Source: Lingula anatina | Taxonomy: Eukaryota > Animalia > Brachiopoda | Direction of reading: 5' to 3' | Assembly (NCBI GenBank): GCA_051362555.1 | Contig: CM120641.1 | Span: 7,316,001 to 7,380,000 of the forward strand | Length of the DNA: 64,000 nucleotides | Shown here: positions 13,301 to 25,300 of the stretch, piece by piece | How positions within the stretch are numbered: position 1 is the first letter of the stretch | Layout of the letters: every line of letters begins with the position of its first letter | The notes under the pieces: generated by a model | The model's database searches: none | What the model saw: the letters and a program-made list of their open reading frames with translations, nothing else | Told to the model about the DNA's origin: nothing | Translations under genes and position numbers: made by a program

Positions 13301-16300
13301 AGAAAATGCATTCAACTCTCTTGTTGAATGCAGATGAATTTACCAAAAAAAAAAAAAAGATTCACCAGTGAGTACACAAAGCCTTGTAAATGTAACATAT
13401 GCATACATTTGACAATGAGTAAAAAGTTGATCTGGAAGGTTTTATTTCTACTGTAGTCATTAGGGTTATACTTCTATGTTAAGCATCTTCTGTGTACCAT
13501 GGACTTGAGATTTTTACATACAGTCATGTGTACTGGCTGGAGCTATTTTCCTTCCACCCTCTGACCTTCACCTTCAAGGTGTCAAACCAGCAACCTAAAC
13601 AGTTCCTGCCCAGTTCTTCCAGAGTGACACTGGTCCTTATAGGCTTTATAATAGACAGGGTTGCATAAGAAATGCGTCAGTTGATTGCTGAAAAATGTAT
13701 GAAATTGCTTATGACTGATTGCATGTTTCGCATTGACTCTTAAATGCTTCTTGTGTTATGCATTTGTGTTGTCAGTTCAAGAGCGTAATCTTAATAGGTG
13801 GACATTGCTGAGAACCACACTGGCAGTGTAATGCATAGATGACTGAAATGATTTACCAATGATGCAATATAAAAAATTATCAGTTATGCCTTGATTTTTT
13901 ATTGAGAATCTTATATCATGGTTTTAAATCAATGTTGAATTTAAAAGATTGCAGATTGCATGATATGTCAGTAAAGGCAACTTTTTAAAACTTTCATAAG
14001 AAAATAGGCTTTCATTTTGAATATCCTGATCAAGAAGATTGACTACTTCAGAAAAAATTGATTTTGATTAAAAAAAAACAGTGGAGGTGTGATTCAACAG
14101 TTTTATTACCTTAGTGGTTCTGAAGAATAAATCAGACATGATATTAGACAAGACCCTTGGTTTCTAGGTCACATGTTTTTAAAAATGTCTTTTGTTTTGT
14201 ATGTGCCACATAACTAATGTCTTTCAAAAAAAAAAATTTGTGTGTACCTTTAATGGATTTATTGCAAGTTTTCAATGTCAAGTAAAATTATCTTTACTGT
14301 GAGAAAATTATTGCAAACCTTATGTACACTGATTATTAGTTAAAGTCTTTTGAGTGGCATGCTTAGTCAATATAGATTAAATGACTGAATTATGAGAAAC
14401 CTTTTTTATTTTGATTTTGGACTTCTTTGTGTTGTGGTTGGTATTTGGCAGTATTTTCAAAGTCTTAAACTCCTTATTGTGACCTATCATGAATATATAT
14501 AAATGTTGAATATATTTAAGTTAATTTTATTTTTGGTGTCAAAGTATAGAGTTAGGGCAATTTTACAACCAAAAAATTGCATGTCTTTGCATATGAGAAT
14601 GAACAAACATCATTCATATACCTGACAGTGTTCTATATATAAGTACATGTAGGGGAAGAAATAAGTTGTTCTAAATGGTGTATATTAGAGACATTTTAAC
14701 TATTACATATGTTCAGTTTATGAATATCTCTTTGTTTTTCCCCTCAGTTAATGTTTTAAGTATCCAGAAAAACATATATCTTGATTATTGTCCACTCTGG
14801 AAATATATTAGATTTTGAAACATTGCTAGTTGTCTATAATTTGCCCCTCAGAAATGCACATTTTTTGTATACATTCTGATATTTGTACCAGCACAAGTGT
14901 GTACATAAGTAAATATATATAAGAAATGCTTCATGTAAAGCAATTCCACCTATTTATGATGAGCAACTTTCTTTGTAAAGAAAATGTAGTAATGACATTT
15001 GTGTCTGATAGTCTGCAACACATCTTCAATATAATATTGTAGATGGTAGAAAAAGAGTTCATGTCCCAATTTACACTAATGCACGCTTTACTACAGACTG
15101 CAGGTAAAGGTTAAGCATTCCTTTCAGATTGGGTTTGGCCAGACCAGGTAGAGAATATATAAGAATATGTGAGCATTCAGGCTGCTTATACCTTATACCA
15201 GTGAATGTTCATGGTCAGGCCATCAGTGAGAAAAACAACGTGTTGAGAAAACCTACAAGATAAATCCATATTGATAAAGAGATCCGATCTAAATAGAAAT
15301 TAATTTAAACGCAATGTATTTGTTGTTTGGGATCCAGTTGTGAAATATAAATGAATTAAACTTGATTATTTGGTACTTTTATATGTAAACACTGCAAGGG
15401 TATGTATGTATATATAATGATCACTATTGTCAGGAAAAACAACAGCGCTTAGAACGCTTCCAAAATTATTTATTCTATATTCATACAGTACTACATCTCA
15501 TGTAAACCTACTGTCACAGGTGCATGTTGTGAACTAGTAACTCTCGGTGTTTCAGAGGTAAATCTTTTATCCTTGCGTAATCGTGTTTCCCCGATACGTC
15601 CTTGAACTGTCCCGGTCCTAGGTCTGAATTACAATCCACTTCATTATGATAACAAATAAGTGCATAAAGGGTCCTAAAGCAAAGTGGTGTCATTGAAAAA
15701 TACTGCCAGGAAAGACAACAGCGCCTAAAACTCCTCCACAATCATCCGAAACAGCCATGCAGCATGGCCCCGATTTTTCTTCTCCCTCTTTTTTGTGATC
15801 TCCCCACCCAGGAGAGCTTAATTCTCTGACAACTACCCCCTACTAAGAAAAACATTTACTGTTTTTCAATTAATAAATGGTAAAGGTTACAAACACGGTA
15901 ATAACCCTTTTACAACTCTATATAAAACGTCAACATGTTCATCTACACAACCAACACATTAATTAGTCTGACGACAACCTCTTAACTGTGTAACACTAAA
16001 AAAAAAAAATCTTAACCAATAACAGTAAACAGCTTAACTACTTACTTACTTTAGTTTAACATGAACTCTTACTCTATAATAAACTTAATAACTACAATGG
16101 AACTCTTGAAACAACTTGACCACTTCTTCACTTACAAATGTGAAACTTTATATAACATCTAGCACAAACATCATATTTAACACAACCTACTGAGGTAATC
16201 TGCACCCACATTATCTGATCCCTTAATGGCTTCAACTCTGAAATTATTCCTCCCCGTGACTGGGGACCCACTGTGTGCCTCAAGGTATTGCTCTGCTAAC

Positions 16301-19300
16301 CTGGTCATCTCATCAACAGTCCTTGGCTTCCTTTCTTTTAGGAACACTGACAGTTCATTGGAGCATGTCGACATGAATTGCTCTCGTATGATGAGGTCAT
16401 TGAGGCTTTCTACTGTATCTTCAACTTCTGAGAGTTCTTTCCATCTTTGATAATATCTCTTCATCCTAGCAACAAATTGAAACACCGTTTCCCCACTGTC
16501 AGGTTTACAGCTTCTGAACTTAACACGAAACCCTTCTTCGGTCAGCATATATCTCTTCAACAAAGCTACTTTCAAGTTGTCATAGTCATTAGCTTCCTCG
16601 GCTGGCATACTAGAATACGCCTGCAGACCTTTACCAGTTAACAATGGGCTTAGACTCACTGACCAACTCTCTTTTGGCCACTGCTGACTAGAAGCAAAGC
16701 GTTCAAAACGATCTAAAAATGCATCCATGTCATCTTTATTTTCATCGAATGCAGGTAACTTTGGGCGTGGCGCCTTAACACTTAATTGTTTCACTTGAGG
16801 TACTTGCACTGAATTTGGTCTTCTGTTCGCCTAATTGTACCTGGAGCTTCATCTTTTCTATTTCCATATGCTCCTTCTCTAATGCCCGTTGCTGTTCTTC
16901 TCGCTGAAACTTTCTGTCAAGTTCTTGCTTTTCCATTTCTAATTCATGGTTTAATCTTAACACTTCCAATTCCTGTTTCTTTCTTTCATCTTCACGTACA
17001 CGTGCTCTCTCTTCACGCTCTAGGTACTGTTGTTCACATTTTGCTACATACTCTCTCAACTGTTCAGCTTCATACCCTAACTTCTGACCATCACTGATGT
17101 ATTTACTCGTATCCATGCTGTAGGATGTTTTCTAGCCGTCTATAGGAAAAATGAATATCTACTCAACTAAAGAGTGCTACACACTACTCTACGTACAACA
17201 GTGCTTTACTAAATCACTTAAGTACACTTAGCACTCTACAGTTCTATATTACCACACAGCATCACTACAGCACACTACCACCTACATGTACTGTTACTAC
17301 ACTTCACTTAATTACACTCCTGTAATTTAACACTGTTGAATATATCCACATACTGTACTGCTTGTAAAGTAAACACAACTAAAGGTAACACTAAATCATC
17401 ATACCAACACATTACTTCTCTTTGTAATATGAACACTACCATTAGGTACAACTGTATTACTGCTAACCACTGTTAGACAGAACCAACACATTACACACTT
17501 TTGTAATGCACAACACCACTATAGGGCACAACTGTATTACTGCTAACCACTGTTAGACAGAACCAACACATTACACACTTTTGTAATGCACAACACCACT
17601 ATAGGGCACAACTGTATTACTGCTAACCACTGTTAGACAGAACCAACACATTACACACTTTTGTAATGCACAACACCACTATAGGGCACAACTGTATTAC
17701 TACTAACCACTGTTAGACAGAACCAACACATTACACACTTTTGTAATGCACAACACCACTATAGGGCACAACTGTATTACTGCTAACCACTGTTAGGCAG
17801 TACCAACACATTACACACTTTTGTAATGCACTACTCTACGGTCACTGATAACATTTAAGTGTCAGTTGATCAACTTGAATAAACACTGTCAGCTGCATGG
17901 GCTATAACGTTCATTACACCAGTCCACATCCAGTATCACATGGCACACAACTGTAGCTAACGGTATGATAGCATATGTTCCAGTCAGTTCGTTTCACTAC
18001 ACTGAGCATCGCACAGTTATTATAGTTATCAAGGCTGCAACTCACGGCACATGTTGATATCGGTTGTTCCACAGTCAGCATCGTTCCGCTGTCTTTATTC
18101 AGCTCCCGGACGAGCCCCCAAATTGTCAGGAAAAACAACAGCGCTTAGAACGCTTCCAAAATTATTTATTCTATATTCATACAGTACTACATCTCATGTA
18201 AACCTACTGTCACAGGTGCATGTTGTGAACTAGTAACTCTCGGTGTTTCAGAGGTAAATCTTTTATCCTTGCGTAATCGTGTTTCCCCGATACGTCCTTG
18301 AACTGTCCCGGTCCTAGGTCTGAATTACAATCCACTTCATTATGATAACAAATAAGTGCATAAAGGGTCCTAAAGCAAAGTGGTGTCATTGAAAAATACT
18401 GCCAGGAAAGACAACAGCGCCTAAAACTCCTCCACAATCATCCGAAACAGCCATGCAGCATGGCCCCGATTTTTCTTCTCCCTCTTTTTTGTGATCTCCC
18501 CACCCAGGAGAGCTTAATTCTCTGACAACTATGTTTATGTGTATAGTTTCCGTTGCCATGGCCATCTGACAGGTCTGTTGTCCACCCTATTTAACAGCCA
18601 AACTATATTTTTGTTTTTACTTAAAATTTACTCAGTGATTTTGTTTGCTAAAAGGGCATGTTCTTTTTGAAAATCAGCCTGATTAAATTAATTTTTACAA
18701 AATTAATTTATTTATTAATTTGTTAGTTTATTTAAATACATTTGTGAAACTGTATTTTTATTTTACTTCAAATTTGCTAAGTGCCTTTAATTGGTTAAAA
18801 ATCTTATTTTTTATGAAATGATTGTTTGCTGTAATGAATGTGCAATGGTTAACGCCAAAATGGAGCAATGGTTAACGCCTTTTTTCTGTTGAGTGTCTGT
18901 ATATTTGCAAGCTTTGCTGTTTAGTTAATAAAAGGGACCTCTTCCAGAAAGTTGAATGTCCCCATCTTTCATCCATTTCTTTTTTACTCACACATGCATA
19001 CACACACAAAAGGAGGCACAATTATACTTATTCAGCTCTCAAGTAATTCATTTTCAATAGCAGTTGTAGATCTGTAGTGATAAACACAAACACAAAAAAG
19101 AAACATCTTCAGGTTATATTATCAAATTGTCCCACCCTGTGCCCCTGTACTGTGCTCTGTAGATTGATTGCTGTTTAATCCTGTCGAGTCAGTGAGCCAT
19201 TATGGTGTACCTTGTATATAAATATATATTCTAATTTGTTTGTACATAGCATCTGTTCATAAAGATGATTTGGTTCTTTGTTATTGTTGTGATGTGTTTT

Positions 19301-22300
19301 ATTCATCAGCTTTTTTGCGTGTTACATAAGATGTGTTCTATTTCTCTGCCAGATATTCCTGTTCTTATTTGTTGTGAACATTTCTTGTAAATTAATGTGT
19401 TCAGTGTTATTGGCAGAATGTTTACCAATTTATTGAATTACCTAGAACTTGTTTGAGCAGATTTGCTTAAAAGAAATCTTACAGAAATGTAATGTCTCAG
19501 ACCATGTACATGTTGAGCAGCCAACATGATTTATAACTCACTAGGTGTTCTCTTATGGGGGAGAAAAACAGGCAGGAATTTACCTGTAAGATGGTCAAAA
19601 ACTGAATGAGAGGTTCTAAACCAGGTGATTGGTGTCTGCATTTGTGTAGTGAATTCCAGTATTATGTATGTATACATCTCCACATACACTTTCTTTACTG
19701 TAATAAAAAAATAAAAAAATAGACCTGTCACCAGCTAGAGGTATAATACAGATGTACAGCACAAGACTGGGATTTACACTCTTTTTAGTAATTGGGGATC
19801 TTCTGGATGTAATAGCACAAATGTGTATATCTCGAGCTCCTGCTAACATAAACAGTGTGATTAATTTAGCTGAAGTTCAGGACTACCCACTGCTTTATGC
19901 ACTTGGCTTGGAAGTGATTAACCATTGGCAGGTATATAGCACATACCCTCACACACATACACACACTATGTATATATATATGAACTCAAAAGAGCACTAG
20001 CATAAAGGGCAGGGCACTCGAGAAATTGGTTTGGATACAGCCACCAAGATATGAACTGAGATTTGTTGAAAGATGAGAAAGATATTTATGGGAATTCATA
20101 AATGCTATTGATACAGTAGACAGTCGTATAATTCAATGAGGATGCTGAGGAGGTTCTGATCCATTTTCAATGAGAAAAAATAATTTGTCAACTGGAAACT
20201 GAAGTCTACTTTTCTGGAAAGTATTGATCCAGACTTGGCCTTGGTACCTACAAGCAGTGTTTGGCATTTGTCACTTGGGTAATTTGGATGATGGACACTG
20301 TAGTATATGATTATGAATATACGCTCCAGGATTGACAGTATTGTTCACCTTTTAGTCAGACTATTTCACCCCTTGGCTGTATACTAAATCATTGGTCTTT
20401 GGAAAAGTTAGGGCTCCTATCGATCCATGCACTGACTTATTATAGGAGCAAGTATAAGTATGATATCATCAATGTGGGTTCTATTCATGCAGGTTGCAGG
20501 GGAAATGGTAGGGAGAGAATGATTTGGAAAGGGAGCATCAAGTAAATGAAGCAGAGGATATTACATTTGGGTATTGTATGTACAATTCAGTCCAGGAATT
20601 CTCTCTCCTTCCCCTGCCCCCTTCATTTTTGCAAGGGAATCTTTATTTTCAATATTCCAAACCAGGAGTGATATCTGCAGGAATACTGGATCTGATGTCT
20701 TAATGATTTTTACTGAATCTGTGTTCAAAGTAATTGGTTATCCTGCAGATTGATTAATTGAAAGATCGAGGCACCTCAAAATTATGAGCAGGATTTTTAG
20801 GAGGGATGCATCTTGGTTGAATTCTGCCCACCATTCATACGAAATGAGAAAATATTGACAAATCTACAGGTATCATAGGAATTCTTGAAAAGGCATTTCT
20901 TTTGGACATCCAGACTGAATTTATGGAAAAACTGTCTTGAGGAAGGACAGAGCTGAGAAGATGAGAGTCAAAGCTGTTTGGAACTCTGCAGGTAATATGA
21001 AATAATGAGCATTCCAAATTGGTAATTTTCATATTTTAGAAAAATATTCTCTGCTTTATTACATATACGGCTGTCTCTTTGCATGAGCTTCTCTTTGTGC
21101 ATATAAGCCCTCCAACGCCTTGTTCTGGGATTATTTGCCCCCTCGATAAACTTTTTAATTTCCTGTTCTGATTCCTTCTGACAGTTTTCATTACTTATAT
21201 GAGCCTTAAATGTGATATTATAGTATACTTGACACATTTTCATCCCAACATCACATAGGTTTCCATAGCATAAGTGACAATACAGTATGGTTTTCTAGTT
21301 TAGACGTGATTTTATGCCAAAGTATAAGTACATGGGGTTTCCTTGCTTAGAGGATTTACAACTAATATTTGGATGTTTTTATTCCACCGTGTTGGTGGAT
21401 GGGTTTTTATTGATTACATACAACTGAAACATGCTGGGACATCTTTTTAAACCGACATGTATGTTCAATTTTGTTAGTACTTAATATATGGTACAGCATG
21501 AGAGAGGTGCAATATGAGAGGATGGGAAGGTACGCCTGCTGAGGGAAGCCAGTCATGCTCTCATATATCGCTTCCACGCAGGTGGGTGGAATAGATAAAA
21601 CCTGGAGAAAAAACTTCCTTAATTGATTTCTTGCAGTTTTTATGCTGTGATAGCAGTTCTGTTTTACCTGTATGTGGGTTCGTACACATATTGGGGTTTT
21701 GTAGACTCGTACTCTATTTTAAAAAAGATGTTGATGTTACTTGCAGTAAAGATTTGAAATATATTTATATTCTGCATATAGGGGAGCCAGCAAATATGTG
21801 TATTATGTCCTTCCCCTGCCACACACAATATCTCTTACTGCATCTCTTGGGAGAAGCTGTTATAATCTTGATCGATTGCTCTCTTGCCAGTATATTATCA
21901 GGCAGAATTCTAAGGATTGAGAAATGAATATCTGTTAAATTATACTAGGCTGAGACATCAGTGGAATAAGATTTACCCTTTGTTCTCTTGTCGTAATTCT
22001 GATTAGAAGGGAGAATTTAACCCTAAATATTTTCCTGGAATTCAATTTTCTATAAATGAGATTCATTTAAACATGACAAGTTATTGGGTTATTTCTTCTA
22101 CTAATGAAGTAAGCTAATTAAGTGTTACAAGGGGAAGGTGCTCTTTATTAGCCTTGAATAATGTACAGTGGATACCCATGCTATGTGTTATTTCTTGTTT
22201 GGAGAATATCAGCAGATGTCCAGTGTGGAGAAAAATCACCTGTTCTCAAAATGCCCATGCACTAGTACCTGCTTCTTGGAGTTGGTGAGCAGCCCAGTGG

Positions 22301-25300
22301 CTGGTTCAGTTCAGTTTCATACTGGAAGGCATATTTTGTACTAAAATGCCCAGACAGGTGGGCTTTCATATATTTATGTGGTACAATCCTATGATATGAA
22401 TAAGACATGCAGTAGCATCTGCAGAAGCTCTGCAGTTATGACAAGTCTTGCCAGTCAGCAATCAAGTGCCTTCCGATTTTGATGAAATTCATGCATTTAT
22501 CATACCAAATAGACCAGCAATAAACGGGCAATATTTTACAATAACCACTTGGCTTGTCCATATATTTTTTTGGGTTTAAAGTATATTTTTTAAGATACCA
22601 GTTTATTTAGCTTGTTAGTTTACAGTCTCAGTTATTATTATCTTTAAAATTTATTTATTAGAATTTAGGAAACAGTTTTGATAACCGTAACAGATTCTAG
22701 TACTATTTAATCTGTGCATTATGTGATCATATTGCATAAAACTAATCTGACTGGCAATATCATGACAGGACCAACATTATATAGATTACAGCTGGTTCAA
22801 ATGACCACCAATGACTTAACTGTTTGTGCTACAACTTGCTTGGTCAGGTAAACTTTCTTCAAGACTGAACCCAGGGGGTAAATGGAAGGAAAAATGCTCT
22901 CGTTACTGTAGTTATTTGTATGATGGTCATCATAAACTCAGATGTGGTATTCATTTGTTGTTCTGGCACACACACACTATTATACTGTTCCCAATAGATT
23001 TCTGCTTCTCTTGAACCTTTGTGTTTAGGGAGGCCGTGCCATTGTCATTTGACAGAGGCACACAGAGTTTAATTGCTATTGATTTTTTCCAGTGAGAGTA
23101 AGTTCAAATGAGAGAAAAGAATGCGTTAGGAAAGGCTCAATCAGGTAGAATTATCATGGTATGATAGAAAAAAGTATAAAAGTTCTTCAAGTTGTGTTGA
23201 AGGTTACATTCTTTATGAGGCTTAGGGCAAATATGATGTGCATTAATTCATAAAACCAGTGTCAAGGATGGGGCATCAGTAGGGTTAGTAAGTAAAGTCA
23301 TCTTAAACTATTCCATTACTGTGCACTGATTTTTATACTAGAACTATGTCAGGGATGAGATTTTTTCAACTATCAGCAGATTTCAACTTTTTGGGAGCCT
23401 GAAATGTCGTTGGCCTGATTGGCTGCCTGGACCCCTTGTCATATTTTCTGACTTTTTCACTATAAGGCAGTCTAATCCCTGCTTTGTTATTAACCACTTT
23501 TTTGTGATCAAGGTTTGATAAAATCTCAGCAAATGATATCATACTGAATATATCTTGTGATATAGCATAAGGTGAAAAAAATGTCTTATGTGTGATTTTG
23601 TATGACTTTTAGGTCATGCATTTTAAACAGTGGGCCTTGTGCCCAAATGTTATCAACTCTTGTTGGAACAGGGCAACACTGGGACTCTAACATGGTATAA
23701 ACCCATCTTATGATGACATTAATCTGTTTAAAAGGGTGGTATTAAAAGCTAAATTCTCACTTTTTTTTTCTAATTCAACTGGCAGTCAATTATGTTTTGA
23801 ACTTGCTTAATGGAGCATCAAATATTGATTCAGAATTGTTTTAAGTGATCTGCATAACTGGCCAATTATCTTTTTTATCATATTTTATGTCTCCAGCATG
23901 ACTGATTTAGGTGAAAAAAGATACATCGATTCATTAGTACAATTTACACTAGAGGTTTGTGTGGGGATTAAGTATAACCTGATAATTCAAAGAGACATTG
24001 GGGTTTGATGCATATTTGACATATCTGTTTCAGATTTAGATTGGTAAGATGATTGGCTTCTAAGAAATGGCCTTTGTTTCAGAATGAAATGGATGACCTT
24101 CCTGGTTGTATTTTGCTGTAATATTCAGCATCACACGTGCAGTGATTTGTAACATAAATGTCTTCATTCTCAAGAGAGTACATTCAATTGATGGACAACC
24201 AGTGAATGGTTTGCTCAAGTCACAGTCCATGTTTTCTTAAAGCCTTTATGTGCTGTGATGCAGTTGATCTGAGAAGCAGGAAAACTAACTTGATAGAGGT
24301 AATGTAACTCAAAGCTTTTAGACCTTTTTTTTTTTTTTTTTTGGATGGAGTCTTTAATTAGCATTTTCTTGTGATTTCAGATACCCCTCCTGCAGAGCAA
24401 CAAGATTTATTCATCAAGAAACTCCAGCAATGTTGTGTTGTATTTGATTTTATGGATCCTATATCGGACTTAAAAAGTAAAGAAATCAAGCGAGCTTGTC
24501 TTAACGAGTTAGTGGATTATATCACAGCCACCCGTGGCGTGCTCACAGAACCAGTATACCCAGAAATGGTTAAAATGGTAAGTTTTAAAAGTTGGAAGCA
24601 AAGATTATTTTTTATTCATACTTGTATTCATACCTATATTATAAGGAATATGCAGACTACATTTTAAATGTGTTTGGTTAATCACTCCTGTTTACTTTAA
24701 AATGAATACATTTAAAAACAGAGTTAATAATGCCAGTTTTACACTGTGAATATTTGACATACATCTTATGATTCATTGTTTTTGAATGTTAAATAATACA
24801 TTTGATTTTAACATGCTTAACATGAATAATATGAAACAACTTTCAAGTTATGCAGGCAACATTGAAACTGTTTAGCAGACTGCAAGTTTTATGATAATCC
24901 TATTTGTTAATTTTATTTATCTACCAATTTGAATTGAAACTTTACTTGCTGTTAAAAAATAAGTCTCTGTGCAGAAAATACACAAGCATTAGATGTGGTT
25001 AAGATGTACGTTTAAGATAGAACATTTAAACCATGCATTGAACATAATTTGTGAACATGTTTTGTTTTTATAAACAGGATATATCATAAATAGCCATATT
25101 TACTGCTGGTTTTATTCAGCACTCACCGTCATCTTAAAAACATTCCGCAGCCATTTCCAACAAAATAGGATTGCCAGAATCTGATGGAATTCAATCCCTC
25201 GCTGAACAGTGCCCCTGTATGGTTAATGTAATGACAGGAAAATCATTTTGAGGTTCTACTCATTTATGAACCTAGGCATTAGCTATTATCTCAGAAATTT

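Larger units (their letters stand above)
15428..18527 (-). mobile_element. Non-autonomous (pol-deleted) Gypsy/Ty3 LTR retrotransposon, Gmr1-like, 3.1 kb, antisense in B56 intron 1
   Basis: Two 404-bp LTRs with TGTCAG...CTGACA ends, identical by eye. 5-bp TSD ACTAT (15423-15427 and 18528-18532), tRNA-Pro PBS, PPT-like AGTAGGGGGTAG next to the 3' LTR, and a gag ORF with capsid/SCAN-like motifs. Confidence 0.95.

Noticed and set aside
15514-15741. Identical 75-aa ORFs at 15514 and 18210
   Set aside because: Both lie wholly within the two LTRs, have a non-ATG start and show no recognisable domain.
18552-18566. RFX X-box-like GTTGCCATGGCCA next to the LTR insertion, and a nearby 15-bp direct repeat GCAATGGTTAACGCC (18842-18879)
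   Set aside because: Imperfect short motifs with no supporting context.
20961-20991. Possible alternative first exon of B56 (ATG AGA GTC...GCA G|gtaata, phase 1, compatible with exon 2)
   Set aside because: Only 10 codons with no homology or promoter evidence. Such matches are expected by chance in a 14-kb intron, so RNA data are needed.
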